A stretch of DNA of 64,000 nucleotides from an uncultured delta proteobacterium (GCA_963755715.1 CAVWLW010000033.1:288001-352000); one strand, 5' to 3'; shown: positions 51,436 to 61,881, counted from the first letter of the stretch. Program-made: numbers and translations. The notes: a model not told the origin generated them from the sequence alone.

Positions 51436-52596
51436 ATGATCTTTGGTCGGCATTCAGTTTTAAAGCGAGGTTGTTCCACTTGGGACCCAACGCAAGTGCC
51501 GCAGACCGAGTTTCACTCTCGTCTCGATGCGGTGCGGCGAGAAATGGCGCGGCAAAGCTTGGACGCGCTGGTGATCTACGGCGATAACTATTCGTTCGCC
51601 GACCTTTGTTACCTCACCAATTATTTCCCCAAAGTTCGCGGTGGAATCGCCGTCGTGCCGCGCGAAGGCGCGATTTCGCTTTTGCTCAACATCGGCAGCC
51701 GCGATGTGCCTTTCGCCAAGACGTTGACTTGGGTCGAAGACGTGCGAGCGTCAAACCAGGTCGGCGCCGACGGCGCGAAACTGCTCAAAGAAAAGGGCTT
51801 CGAGAAGGCGAAGATCGGTCTGATGGATTCCGGCCTCGGTTTCCCGCTGCCCCAGTTGGAGGACATGAAGGGCGCGTTGCCAAACGTGAATTGGCAAGCT
51901 TGCGATGCGATGATCGTGCCGCAGCGTTTGGTAAAGACTGCGCGGGAGCTCGGCGCGATGCGCGAGGCCGGGCATTTGCTCAGCGATATCTGCGACGGCG
52001 CGCACGCTTTTATCAAACAGGGCAGAAAAGAATATGAAATCATCGCTGACATCGATCGCCTGGCGCGCGACAAGGGCGCCGAGGATATTCGCATTCTCGC
52101 CGGTGATAAACGGTTGAATCCGCCGAGCTTCAAGCAATCGGCGACCCTCGACCATCATTGGGCGGTTTATTTGGCGGTGCAGCACGAGCGCTATTGGGCC
52201 GAGGCGGGGCGGACTTTTATTTTGTCCAACGATGCGAAACTTCAAGCGGCGTATCAAAAGACGCAAGAGATTGTCGCGCAGATGGCGGCGCAGCTCAAGC
52301 CCGGCGGTGCAGTAGCGGCCATCGATGAAACTGCGCGGCGCGCGCTTGGCGAATTTTACGCGACGGCGTCGGTTTATGGTCTTGCCAACGGCATCGGTCT
52401 CAATCAGTGGGAAGCGCCGTTTTTGAATGAAGATGACGCGCGACAGGTCGGTGCGACATCCGTCGGTGCGAGTACGCTCAATGCAAACATGACGCTGGCA
52501 TTGCGTGTGACGTTTGAGACGGACGGAAAAATCATTCTTTTCGGCGACAGTTTCGAAGTGACGGCGGATGGGGCAAGATCGTTGCTCCATGCGTAG
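51436..52596 (+). CDS. M24/creatinase-fold protein 2 (catalytic residues degenerate)
   Basis: EFHSRLDAVRREM..LDALVIYG, VKTARELGAMR, YWAEAGRT and ANGIGL..WEAP motifs. Confidence 0.75.
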   Translation: MIFGRHSVLKRGCSTWDPTQVPQTEFHSRLDAVRREMARQSLDALVIYGDNYSFADLCYLTNYFPKVRGGIAVVPREGAISLLLNIGSRDVPFAKTLTWVEDVRASNQVGADGAKLLKEKGFEKAKIGLMDSGLGFPLPQLEDMKGALPNVNWQACDAMIVPQRLVKTARELGAMREAGHLLSDICDGAHAFIKQGRKEYEIIADIDRLARDKGAEDIRILAGDKRLNPPSFKQSATLDHHWAVYLAVQHERYWAEAGRTFILSNDAKLQAAYQKTQEIVAQMAAQLKPGGAVAAIDETARRALGEFYATASVYGLANGIGLNQWEAPFLNEDDARQVGATSVGASTLNANMTLALRVTFETDGKIILFGDSFEVTADGARSLLHA

Positions 52597-52602
52597 AAGA
52601 TT

Positions 52603-52706
52603 AGATTCCTCGTCGCTTCGCTCCGTCGGAATGACAGATCCTGGGACCATCTGCGTTGTCATTTCGACCCCTTCGAAAAACTCAGGGTAAACTCCGGGAG
52701 AAATCT
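52603..52706. repeat. Inverted pair of TGTCAT...GATCT-family palindromic repeats
   Basis: AGATTCCTCGTCGCTTCGCTCCGTCGGAATGACA followed by TGTCATTTCGA...GAGAAATCT. Confidence 0.8.
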
Positions 52707-52760
52707 TTTTATTGTGACACCCAGCAAAGCCGATAAGGATCTATTTATAGTGAAGGCTTC

Positions 52761-54800
52761 ATGAGAATCGCTGTTGATATAGGCGGAACGTTTACCGACT
52801 TGGTGGCGGTCGACGACAACGGACAAGTATTTCGCAGCAAGTCGCTGACCACGCCGGACGATCTGGCGCGCGGCATTAATGATTGCTTGAAAGGCGCAAA
52901 TGTCGATGTCGCCGGCGCGAGTTTCTTCGTGCACGGCTCGACGGTGACGATCAATGCCGTGCTCGAGCGCAAGGGCGCGCGCACTGGGCTGATCACGACC
53001 CAAGGGTTTCGCGATGTTTACGAGATCGGCCGCGGCAATCGGCCGGAGGGCTACAATCTTTTCTTTAAACGGCCGGTGCCGCTGGTGCCGCGCGATCTGC
53101 GCCTCGAAGTAGACGAGCGGCTCTACGCGACCGGCGAGGTGCTGACGCCGCTCGACGAAAACTCGGCGACAGCGACGATCGGCGCGCTCAAAGCGGCGGG
53201 CGTGGAAAGCGTCGCGGTTTGCTTGTTGCACGCGTATGCCAACGCCGCTCATGAACAGCGCCTTGGCGAGCTCCTGCGCCAGCAGTTTCCCGAGGCTTAT
53301 GTCTCGCTGTCGCACGAAATCCTCCGTGAGTTTCGCGAGTACGAGCGAACCTCGACGACGGTGCTCAATTCCTATGTCGGCCCGCTTGTCAGTAATTATC
53401 TCGTCTCATTGGAAAAAATGCTCGGCGTTGCCGGATTCCGCGGCACATTCCGCGTCATGCAATCCAACGGCGGCGTGATGTCGGCGGAGACTGCGAAGAA
53501 AATGCCGGTGACGATGATGGAGTCCGGGCCCGTGGCGGGCGTAATCGCGGCGGCGCATTTGGGTGAAACGCTCGATTGCCGGCATATCATTTCCTTCGAC
53601 ATGGGCGGCACGACGGCGAAATCGAGCTTGATCAAAGATTTTCACCCGGAAGTCACCAGCAGCTACTACGTCGGCGGTTATGTTTCCGGCCATCCGATGA
53701 TGTTGCCGGTGGTCGATATCGTCGAAGTCGGCAACGGCGGCGGCAGCATCGCCTGGATCGATCCGGCCGGCGGATTGAAAGTCGGACCGCAGAGCGCCGG
53801 CGCGGCGCCGGGACCGGCATGCTACGGCAACGGCGGCAGCGAGCCGACAGTGACCGATGCCAATCTCATCGCCGGGCGCATCGATCCGGAATATTTTCTC
53901 GGCAGCGGCATTCGCTTGCAGCGCGACAAAGCCGCGCAGGCGATCGTGGAGAAAATCGGCAAACCGCTCGGCCTATCTTTGGAGGAAGCGGCTCTGGGAA
54001 TTCTAACGATTGCCAACTTCAATATGTCGCTTTCCGTGCGCGCGGTATCCGTCGAAAAAGGTTACGACCCGCGCGATTGCGCGCTCGTGCCGAGCGGCGG
54101 CGGCGGCGCGCTGCACGCCATAGCTATTGCGCGCGAGCTGTCCGTGCCGCGCGTGATCATCCCGCCGATGCCCGCTTATTTCTCGGCGCTCGGCATGTTG
54201 ATGGCGGATTTGAAGCACGACTACGTGCAAACCTTCGTGCGTGAGTTGGCGGAAACGACCGGCGCGGAAATCGCGAATGCTTTTTCCACGTTAGAAAAAT
54301 CGGCAACGGCGACTTTGACCGAAGAGGGATCCAAGCCGGAGCAAATTCTGCTGCGGCGTTTCCTCGACATGCGCTATCGCGGCCAGGAATATACTTTGCC
54401 GGTGCCGGTCACGGAGGATCTCCGCGCCGTCACTGATTTTACGCCGATACGCGCGCGCTTCGATCAGCTGCATCAAGAACACTACGGCCACTCGGCGCCC
54501 AAGGAGCCGGTGATGATGGTCAATCTCCGACTCTCGGCGCTGGGCAAATTCGAAAACAAATTGCCGCTGACTTCAGCCTCGCGCGACGAAGATCGCGGCG
54601 AGCGCGGCCGGCGTCCAGTGATTTTCGAGAGCCAGTCAGTGGATTGTCCGATTTATTTGCGTAACGGCTTTAAGAGCGGCGATCGTCTCGAAGGTCCGGC
54701 GGTGATCGAAGAAACGGGCGCGACGATACTCGTTTATCCGGGCGACCGAATGCAGGTGAATGAATTCGGTCATCTGGTGATCGATGTCGCGGGTGGATAA
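52761..54800 (+). CDS. Hydantoinase A/oxoprolinase family ATP-binding subunit
   Basis: DIGGTFTD, HGST..INA, REYER, MQSNGG, SGPVAG, DMGGTT and GPACYG motifs. Confidence 0.92.
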   Translation: MRIAVDIGGTFTDLVAVDDNGQVFRSKSLTTPDDLARGINDCLKGANVDVAGASFFVHGSTVTINAVLERKGARTGLITTQGFRDVYEIGRGNRPEGYNLFFKRPVPLVPRDLRLEVDERLYATGEVLTPLDENSATATIGALKAAGVESVAVCLLHAYANAAHEQRLGELLRQQFPEAYVSLSHEILREFREYERTSTTVLNSYVGPLVSNYLVSLEKMLGVAGFRGTFRVMQSNGGVMSAETAKKMPVTMMESGPVAGVIAAAHLGETLDCRHIISFDMGGTTAKSSLIKDFHPEVTSSYYVGGYVSGHPMMLPVVDIVEVGNGGGSIAWIDPAGGLKVGPQSAGAAPGPACYGNGGSEPTVTDANLIAGRIDPEYFLGSGIRLQRDKAAQAIVEKIGKPLGLSLEEAALGILTIANFNMSLSVRAVSVEKGYDPRDCALVPSGGGGALHAIAIARELSVPRVIIPPMPAYFSALGMLMADLKHDYVQTFVRELAETTGAEIANAFSTLEKSATATLTEEGSKPEQILLRRFLDMRYRGQEYTLPVPVTEDLRAVTDFTPIRARFDQLHQEHYGHSAPKEPVMMVNLRLSALGKFENKLPLTSASRDEDRGERGRRPVIFESQSVDCPIYLRNGFKSGDRLEGPAVIEETGATILVYPGDRMQVNEFGHLVIDVAGG

Positions 54801-54825
54801 ATCGACGTCCCCTGATACCAAGGCG

Positions 54826-54882
54826 AGATTCCTCGCTTTGCTCGGAATGACAGAATTGTCATCCTGAGCGAGCGAAGGATCT
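54826..54882. repeat. Inverted pair of TGTCAT...GATCT-family palindromic repeats
   Basis: AGATTCCTCGCTTTGCTCGGAATGACA-GAAT-TGTCATCCTGAGCGAGCGAAGGATCT. Confidence 0.85.
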
Positions 54883-54910
54883 CGACCGAAAAAGTGTGTG
54901 TGCTAGTAGA

Positions 54911-56289
54911 ATGTCTGACGAAAGCCTCACCGAGAAGTTAGCGCGTCATTATTCGATCGCTTCAATTCGACCAAATACCAGCCGACGTTGTTAACGCCGC
55001 CAAACTTCACATTCTCGATTCGCTCGGCTGCTTGCTGGCCGGTTCGCGCCTCGAGGCCGGCCGGCTGGCCTATGAGTTAGCGGTTGCGACCAGCGGCGCA
55101 AACGGCACTTCGACGCTCCTAGGATCCGATCGGCGCGTTGCTTTTTTGGATGCGGTGCAGGCCATGTCCGTCGCATCGCACTGCGGCGAAATGGACGATA
55201 TCCACGGCGGCGCCGGAACTTGTATCGGCGCTATGATCGTTCCCGCACTCAGCGCGATAGGCGAGAAACATGGCGGGCCTGGTGAGAAATTTCTTGAAGC
55301 CGCCGTCGTCGGTTACGAGACGATCATTCGAATCGGGCTGGCTATCGACGCGCCGAAACTTTTCGCGCACGGTTGGTGGCCAAGCACGATCTGTGGAGCG
55401 TTCGGCGTCGTGGCGGCGGGCGCAAAGTTTTTGGATTTATCATGGGAGCAAACCGTGAATGCGCTCGGCATTGCTTCACTGCATAGCGGCGGTATGATCA
55501 CCGGCGGCAACGAAGGTGCGACGGCGCGCCATTTGGCGTTCGGCCATGCCGCGCAGAACGGCGTGCTCGCGCTACTGGCGGCGGAGCAGGGATTCACAGG
55601 TCCGAAGCGCGCACTCGAAGATCCGCGCGGGTTTTGTCTGACGCTCTGCAGCGCGCCTGATTGGGACTACCTGCAAAGCTTCGATTCGTTTCATCTGCCG
55701 GAAGTCGCATTCAAACCCTATCCTTGCGCGCGCCAATTGCACGCCGGCGTCGAAGCGCTGTTAAAAATTCTGCGGCGAACTTCGTTGACGCCGTCTGCGA
55801 TCGAGGAAATTGAATTGTTGCTGCCGGCGCAGAATGCCGCCATGATGAATCGTCCGTCGATTACGGCGAGCTCACGCAGCCACGGTCGGGAGCGGGCAAT
55901 ACGTGATGGCCGTCACTGCGCTGCGCGGCAAAATCGACCTTTGGTCATTTTGGGAAGAGAATTTCTCGAGCAGTGAGAAAGTGCGGAGCTGATGGCAAAA
56001 GTCAAAGTCAGCGCGAGCGCAGATCTCGATCGTCATTATCCGAAATATTGGTCGGGACGTGTCGCGGTGAGATTGCTCGGTGGCCAAAGCTATTCGGAAG
56101 AAGTGATTATCCCGAAGGGCGAAAGCGGGAATCCGATGACGCAGAGCGAGGTCGAGGAGAAGTTTTTGTCGTTGGCTGGCGCCGGCGCTAGGCGATCAGA
56201 AAGCGCGGTCGGCAATCGATGAAGTGAGTTCGTTGGAATCACTTAATTCATTAAGACCGCTGCTTACGGCGTTGAAACTATCTGGGTAA
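54911..56289 (+). CDS. MmgE/PrpD family protein, at least four apparent frameshifts
   Basis: MSDESLTEKLA / FDQIPADVV...LDSLGC, EMDDIH, FKPYPCAR..H, PKGESGNPMT...EKF. Shifts near 54955, 55875, 55950-55990 and 56178; stop at 56289. Confidence 0.8.
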
Positions 56290-56394
56290 TAAATAGAGGT
56301 GGTTCCGTCTCGATGTAGGGTAGACGATTGAACGCTCAGAGATTCGTGGGATATACCAATTGGTAAATGCTCTCTCAGGTTGGAGGTTCAAATT

Positions 56395-57177
56395 ATGGAC
56401 GCTGATTCGACCCCTGGATACGATCTTCTCTATGACATCATTCGCCGACGAGCGAGCGTGCGCAAACTGAAACCCGATCCGATTCCCGAGGAATACATCG
56501 GCAAGATACTCGAAGCGGGACGTTGGGCGATGTCGGGTGCGAACTCGCAGCCTTGGGAATACATCGTCGTCAAAGACCCCAAGGTCAAAAAGGATTTGTT
56601 TCGCTGCTATTCCGAGGACAACACGGATTTCATTTACTGGATGGAACAGCAGCGCGTGTTCGAGCTGCGCCATCCGGCGTATCAAATGACGGCGGACGAG
56701 GCGGTAGAGCGCCAGCGACGCGGCGCCGGCTGGTCGGAAGCGCCGGCGCTGATCGTCGTCGTCGGCGACGGCCGGCGCCAGTGGGGCACGGTGCAAGGCG
56801 CGCACACGTTCGGCCGCGATCAATCGCACCTCACCGACGGTTTGGCGAACACCTGCACGTTTATGCATTTGGCCGCGGTTTCGTTCGGGCTGGCGACGCA
56901 GTGGGTGACGATCCACGTCCAGGAGCCGTTTAAGAAAGTGCTCGGCGTGCCGGATCTGATGATGCTGTATCTGATCATTCCCATCGGTTATCCAGCGGTG
57001 CAGCCGTCCGAAGGCGTGCGCCGGCCGCTGGAAGAAATCGTCCACCACGATCATTATGAACAAGAGAAATTCATGAGCAACGAGCGCGTGATTCAGTTTC
57101 TCTACGAGCTCCGCGGCAAGACTTTGCAGACCTATCGGCAGTCTTATGTGGGGAAGGAAGAGCCGAAGAAGTCGTGA
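56395..57177 (+). CDS. Nitroreductase family protein (copy 2)
   Basis: RRASVRK..DPIP, WAMSGANSQPWE; shares GDGRRQWGTV.GAHTFGRDQSHLTD with copy 1; GGAGG RBS. Confidence 0.9.
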   Translation: MDADSTPGYDLLYDIIRRRASVRKLKPDPIPEEYIGKILEAGRWAMSGANSQPWEYIVVKDPKVKKDLFRCYSEDNTDFIYWMEQQRVFELRHPAYQMTADEAVERQRRGAGWSEAPALIVVVGDGRRQWGTVQGAHTFGRDQSHLTDGLANTCTFMHLAAVSFGLATQWVTIHVQEPFKKVLGVPDLMMLYLIIPIGYPAVQPSEGVRRPLEEIVHHDHYEQEKFMSNERVIQFLYELRGKTLQTYRQSYVGKEEPKKS

Positions 57178-57198
57178 GGGGAGAGGCTTGAGGGGTTA

Positions 57199-58917
57199 AT
57201 GGATTATAATCCACTAGATTCCAAAAAGGATGTGGCCGTGAGGGTCGATCCAATTACTGTGGAAATTATCCGCTGCGCGTTGAAGGCTGCCGCCAATGAA
57301 ATGTCGGTGGTGCTCAAGCGCACCGCTTACAACATGATGATCTACGAGGTGCAGGATTACTGCGTCAGCATTGTCGATCATGAAGGGCTGACGATGTCGC
57401 AGAACGAGGGCGCACTGCCGATTTTTCTTGCCGATCTCGGCGTGGCCGTGCAGGACGGCGTCGAAATCTACGGACTGGAGAATATTCACCCCGGCGACGT
57501 TTTTCTGGTCAACCACCCGGAGATCTGCGGACAGCATCTCAATAACATGGTCGTCTACACGCCTTTTTTCTGGGACGGCAAGCTGCTTTGCTTCCTGGCA
57601 GTGCGGGCGCATTGGATCGACGTCGGCGGCGGCAGCACCGGCTTCGGCTCGAGCAATACCCGCGATGTTTACGAGGAAGGGCTGCAGATTCGCTCCGTAA
57701 AGATTTACAACGAAGGCCGTCCGAATACCGAAGTGCTGCGCCTGATCGAAGACAATATTCGCTTTCCGGAATCGTCATTCGGCGATCTGCGCGCGCAGAT
57801 CGCTTGCTGCCGCACCGGCGAAGAGCGACTCAGTCAAATTTGCCGTAAGTACGGCGCCAAAGTATTTCGCGACGCCGTCGAGACGATCTGGGACCAGACC
57901 GACAAGCTCGTGCGCGAATCGGTGCGCGCGATCCCTGACGGCCATTACGAAGCCTCGTCCTTCCTCGACGACGACGGCAGAGTTATGAACAAGACAATTC
58001 CGATCAAAGTGAAGATCACCGTGCGCGGCGACGAACTGACCATCGACTTTTCTGAGGTCGCCGACCAAGTGCCGGGGTTCATCAACTGCGGCTCGTCCGG
58101 CGGCATGGCGGCGGCGCGGGTCGCATTCAAAGCGTTGACCTCGCCGCAGCGCGAAGTCAATGAAGGCTCTTTTCGCGCGCTGAAAGTGATTCTTCCCCCG
58201 GGGAAATTACTCAGCGCGCTCCGTCCGGCACCCATCGGTGGGTGGAGCTTGTCGCTGCCGACCGTACTCGACACGATTTTCCGCGCGCTTGCGCCGGCGT
58301 TGCCTGAACGGGTTCCCGCTGCGCACAAGGGCGATATGGGCGGCTACGCGATCTTCGGCAATAACTCGAAAACCGGCCGGCGCTACGTCTGCCAGAATAT
58401 TATCGGCGGCGGTTGGGGCGGTCGTCCTTTCGAGGACGGCGCTTCCGCGTCGGTGTCGATGTGTCAGGGCGACGTAAAAAACACACCGATCGAATTGCAG
58501 GAACTTTATTATCCTTTGCTTTACGAGTGTCATTCGTTCCGCACCGACAGCGGCGGCGCGGGGAAATTTCGCGGCGGCATCGGCGTCGAAGTGAAAGTAA
58601 AACCAATCGAGAATTTTTTTCTGAGCCGCAACACCGATCGCATCAAATGTCCGCCTTGGGGTTTACTCGGCGGCGCCGAGGGCGCGGTGAATGAGACGAT
58701 TATCCAACGCAACGGCACAGAGGAAAAACTGCCGGGGAAATTCAGCCATTTGCTAGTTCGTCCCGGCGAGACCGTGACTTTTCTAACCGCCGGCGGCGGT
58801 GGTTACGGTGAGCCCGCTGAGCGCAATGCCGAAGCCATCAAGCGAGACATCAAGTTGGGCTATGTTTCCGAAGCCCGGGCGAAGCAACAATATTCCACAT
58901 CGGCAACCCGCCCGTAA
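57199..58917 (+). CDS. Hydantoinase B/oxoprolinase family subunit (copy 2)
   Basis: DYCVS, NHPEICGQHLNN, AHWIDVGG, SGGAGKFRGG and TAGGGGYG motifs. Confidence 0.92.
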   Translation: MDYNPLDSKKDVAVRVDPITVEIIRCALKAAANEMSVVLKRTAYNMMIYEVQDYCVSIVDHEGLTMSQNEGALPIFLADLGVAVQDGVEIYGLENIHPGDVFLVNHPEICGQHLNNMVVYTPFFWDGKLLCFLAVRAHWIDVGGGSTGFGSSNTRDVYEEGLQIRSVKIYNEGRPNTEVLRLIEDNIRFPESSFGDLRAQIACCRTGEERLSQICRKYGAKVFRDAVETIWDQTDKLVRESVRAIPDGHYEASSFLDDDGRVMNKTIPIKVKITVRGDELTIDFSEVADQVPGFINCGSSGGMAAARVAFKALTSPQREVNEGSFRALKVILPPGKLLSALRPAPIGGWSLSLPTVLDTIFRALAPALPERVPAAHKGDMGGYAIFGNNSKTGRRYVCQNIIGGGWGGRPFEDGASASVSMCQGDVKNTPIELQELYYPLLYECHSFRTDSGGAGKFRGGIGVEVKVKPIENFFLSRNTDRIKCPPWGLLGGAEGAVNETIIQRNGTEEKLPGKFSHLLVRPGETVTFLTAGGGGYGEPAERNAEAIKRDIKLGYVSEARAKQQYSTSATRP

Positions 58918-58947
58918 GCAACGGTCGTAGGGATCAAGAAGAAAACC

Positions 58948-60021
58948 ATGAAGCACACCGCGAAAAAATTTCGTTTGACGACCGGATTGTGTTTGCTGTT
59001 TCTCCACTGCTTCGGCAGCGCGTGGGGACAAACCAAAAAGCCCGTCTCTTTTGCGGAGCTGGCCGCCTACACCGGGGCCGATCGCGAGCAACGTCTGCTG
59101 GCCGGAGCGAAGACCGAAGGGAAGGTTGTTTGGTACACTTCACTGGCCGGGAGCTCGTACAAGGAACTGGCCAAAGGCTTCGAGTCGAAATATTCCGGGA
59201 TCAAGATCGAACCCTATCGTGGCACGAGCTCGGATATCATGACGAAGGTCACGGCCGAGGCGCAGGCAAAGCAAATCATCGCCGATGTGATAGAAACTAC
59301 GCTGCCGACCCTGCGGTTCTTGCGCGAGAACAAACTGCTCATCGCCTATACATCGCCTCATCTCGCCAAATATCCCCCGAATACGAAGGAAAGCGCCGCG
59401 CGCGGGCTGGTCTTTTGGGCGATCGACCGCGAGACGTACATGGGGGTTGGCTATAACACTAACCTGATACCCGCGTCGATCGTGCCGAAAAATTACGGCG
59501 ATTTGCTCAGGCCCGAGCTCAAGGGCAAAATCGGCTTTGTCTCCAACGAAACCGGAACCCGCACGCTCGGCGGGATTCTGAAAGTCAAAGGCGAGGAGTT
59601 CGTTAGGAAGCTCAAGGTGCAAGATATCAGCTTGCACCCAATTTCGGGGCGCGCGATGGCGGACCTAGTCATGTCAGGAGAAGTAGCGCTGTCGCCAACG
59701 ATCTTTCGTGATCACGCGCTGGAAGCGAAGGCCAAAGGCGCGCCGATCGATTGGGCGCCGATGGAAATCGTACCTGCCAACGCCGGCGGTGTCGCGCTGG
59801 TCGCGCAGGCGCCCCATCCACACGCTTCGGCGTTACTGGCGGATTTTCTGCTCAGTGCCGAAGCGGCAAAAATTCTCGGCGACCTGGATTACGGCAGCCC
59901 TTTTAAACCGGTCAGTTTCAAACTCTGGTATCCCGAGACCGGACTGTCGACGGAGCAATACGACAAAGCCGCCGAGAAGTGGGACAAGCTGTTGCGCGAA
60001 ATCGGCCGTAAACCGCTCTGA
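58948..60021 (+). CDS. Extracellular solute-binding protein (Fe3+/thiamine-binding-like family)
   Basis: Signal peptide; AKTEGKVVWYTS, DLLRPELKG and PHPHASALLADFLLS patterns; paralog of 23767..24831. Confidence 0.85.
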   Translation: MKHTAKKFRLTTGLCLLFLHCFGSAWGQTKKPVSFAELAAYTGADREQRLLAGAKTEGKVVWYTSLAGSSYKELAKGFESKYSGIKIEPYRGTSSDIMTKVTAEAQAKQIIADVIETTLPTLRFLRENKLLIAYTSPHLAKYPPNTKESAARGLVFWAIDRETYMGVGYNTNLIPASIVPKNYGDLLRPELKGKIGFVSNETGTRTLGGILKVKGEEFVRKLKVQDISLHPISGRAMADLVMSGEVALSPTIFRDHALEAKAKGAPIDWAPMEIVPANAGGVALVAQAPHPHASALLADFLLSAEAAKILGDLDYGSPFKPVSFKLWYPETGLSTEQYDKAAEKWDKLLREIGRKPL

Positions 60022-60102
60022 AATCGGTGTCCGACATCTTCCAATTTCGTTCACCGCCTTACCAAACGATTCTAGCGTTTTTCAAGGATACTCTTTCGCG
60101 CG

Positions 60103-61632
60103 TTAAGACGAAGCGGAATCGGCCAAGTTAATATTCGTCTGCATGCGCGCGAGCGCGCTGTGCTGCCGGCCGTAAGAAAAATAAATCGCAAAGCCCAGTA
60201 GCAGCCAGATGATGAGCCGCAGCCAGTTTTCCACCGGCAGCGAGAACATCAACAGCAAACAAAAAGCGATGCCGAGTATCGGTACGAGTGGCACCAGCGG
60301 GCAGCGAAAGGGACGCGGCATGTCCGGCTCCGTGCGGCGCATGATCAACACGGCGGCGCAGACGATGACGAAAGCGAGCAGCGTGCCGATGTTCACCAGC
60401 TCCGCAAGCATGCGCAGGGGCAGCAGCGCCGACATCAAACCGACCGCCGTGCCGGTCACAATTGTCGACTTCCACGGCGTGCGAAAACGCGGGTGTACCG
60501 CGCCGAAAAATTGGCTGGGCAAAAGCCCGTCGCGCGCCATCGCCAACATGATCCGCGGCTGGCTCAACATGAGCACCATCAACACGGAGGTGATGCCGGT
60601 CAAAGCGCCGAGGGAGATGACCGCATGAACCCACGGCAAGCCGATTTGACTGAAAGCTTTGGCGATGGGGGCATCGATATCGATTTGTTGATAAGGAACC
60701 ATGCCGGTCAGGACCGCGGCGACGGCGATATAAAGAATCGTGCATAGGATAAGCGAACCGATGATGCCGATCGGCACGTCGCGGCTCGGATTGCGCGCTT
60801 CTTCGGCGTGCGTCGACACCGAGTCGAAGCCGATGTACGCGTAGAAAACTATAGCCGCGCCGGCCATGACGCCGAGCGGCTCGCCGCCCGGTCCATGCTG
60901 TCCCATGATCGTGTTTCCGAAAAGGCTGATGCCGCTATAACCGTAGGGCGCGAAAGGCCGCCAATTGGCGGGATCGATGTAGAAGACGCCGATAGCGATG
61001 ACCAGAAGCACAACGGCTAGCTTGATCACGACCATAAAAAAATTGAACGCCGCGCTGCGGCGAATGCCGGTAACCAGAATTATCGTCAGTACGGCCGAAA
61101 TCAACAACGCAGGCGCATCGATGATCGCGCCAGTGGCGACAAACGCGCCGCTGGCCGGATTGAAATCGAAGGGAGCATTCGTGAAGGCCGCCGGCGGATA
61201 GCCGCCGAGCAGATGGAGAAAATCGACGAAGTAGTGCGACCAACCATGCGCCACGCTGGCCGCGCCGATGCCATATTCCAACAGCAAGTCCCAGCCGATG
61301 ATCCAGGCGAAGAGTTCGCCCAAGGTCGCATAAGCGTAGGTGTATGCCGAGCCCGCCACGGGCACCATCGAGGCGAATTCAGCATAGCAGAGCGCGGCAA
61401 AGGCGCAGGCGAAGCCGGCGACGACAAAGGAAAGCACGGTCGCCGCGCCGGCTTTGTCTTTGGCGACCACGCCGATGATGACGAAGATGCCGGCGCCAAC
61501 AATCGCGCCGACGCCGAGGCTGGTGAGCTGCAATGGGCCGAGCACGGGGCGCAAGCCATGTCCGCTGCCTACCTCTTTCAACAATAAATTCGCCGGCTTT
61601 TTCGCCAGGAGTGAGCTGCGCTTAGACGGCAT
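60103..61632 (-). CDS. APC-family (cationic) amino acid permease
   Basis: GVGAIVGAGIF, LCYAEFAS..PVAGSAYTY and GFDSVST.AEE motifs; ~12 TM helices. Confidence 0.9.
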   Translation of the reverse strand: MPSKRSSLLAKKPANLLLKEVGSGHGLRPVLGPLQLTSLGVGAIVGAGIFVIIGVVAKDKAGAATVLSFVVAGFACAFAALCYAEFASMVPVAGSAYTYAYATLGELFAWIIGWDLLLEYGIGAASVAHGWSHYFVDFLHLLGGYPPAAFTNAPFDFNPASGAFVATGAIIDAPALLISAVLTIILVTGIRRSAAFNFFMVVIKLAVVLLVIAIGVFYIDPANWRPFAPYGYSGISLFGNTIMGQHGPGGEPLGVMAGAAIVFYAYIGFDSVSTHAEEARNPSRDVPIGIIGSLILCTILYIAVAAVLTGMVPYQQIDIDAPIAKAFSQIGLPWVHAVISLGALTGITSVLMVLMLSQPRIMLAMARDGLLPSQFFGAVHPRFRTPWKSTIVTGTAVGLMSALLPLRMLAELVNIGTLLAFVIVCAAVLIMRRTEPDMPRPFRCPLVPLVPILGIAFCLLLMFSLPVENWLRLIIWLLLGFAIYFSYGRQHSALARMQTNINLADSASS

Positions 61633-61703
61633 GAAACAGGCAAATACCGTGCGAGCGCGGGGAATGCAAGATTGCTCTTCTGCCGCATCCTTCACGACGA
61701 GAA

Positions 61704-61775
61704 AGATTCCTCGCTCCGCCGCTCGGAATGACAACAAACTAATCGGTTTGTCATCTCGAACGAAGTGAGAGATCT
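61704..61775. repeat. Inverted pair of TGTCAT...GATCT-family palindromic repeats
   Basis: AGATTCCTCGCTCCGCCGCTCGGAATGACA followed by TGTCATCTCGAACGAAGTGAGAGATCT. Confidence 0.85.
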
Positions 61776-61820
61776 TGGCCCAACTACAGTACTACCCGAA
61801 TGAGCGACAATTCTTCGCGC

Positions 61821-61849
61821 TTGACGCTGTCGGTTCGTCCCTCTACTAT
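61821..61849 (+). promoter_or_regulatory. Putative sigma70 promoter
   Basis: TTGACG-17 nt-TACTAT, 32 nt before ATG 61882. Confidence 0.55.
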
Positions 61850-61881
61850 CCGGGCAATTTTAGCGGGAAGGTCCTGATCCA

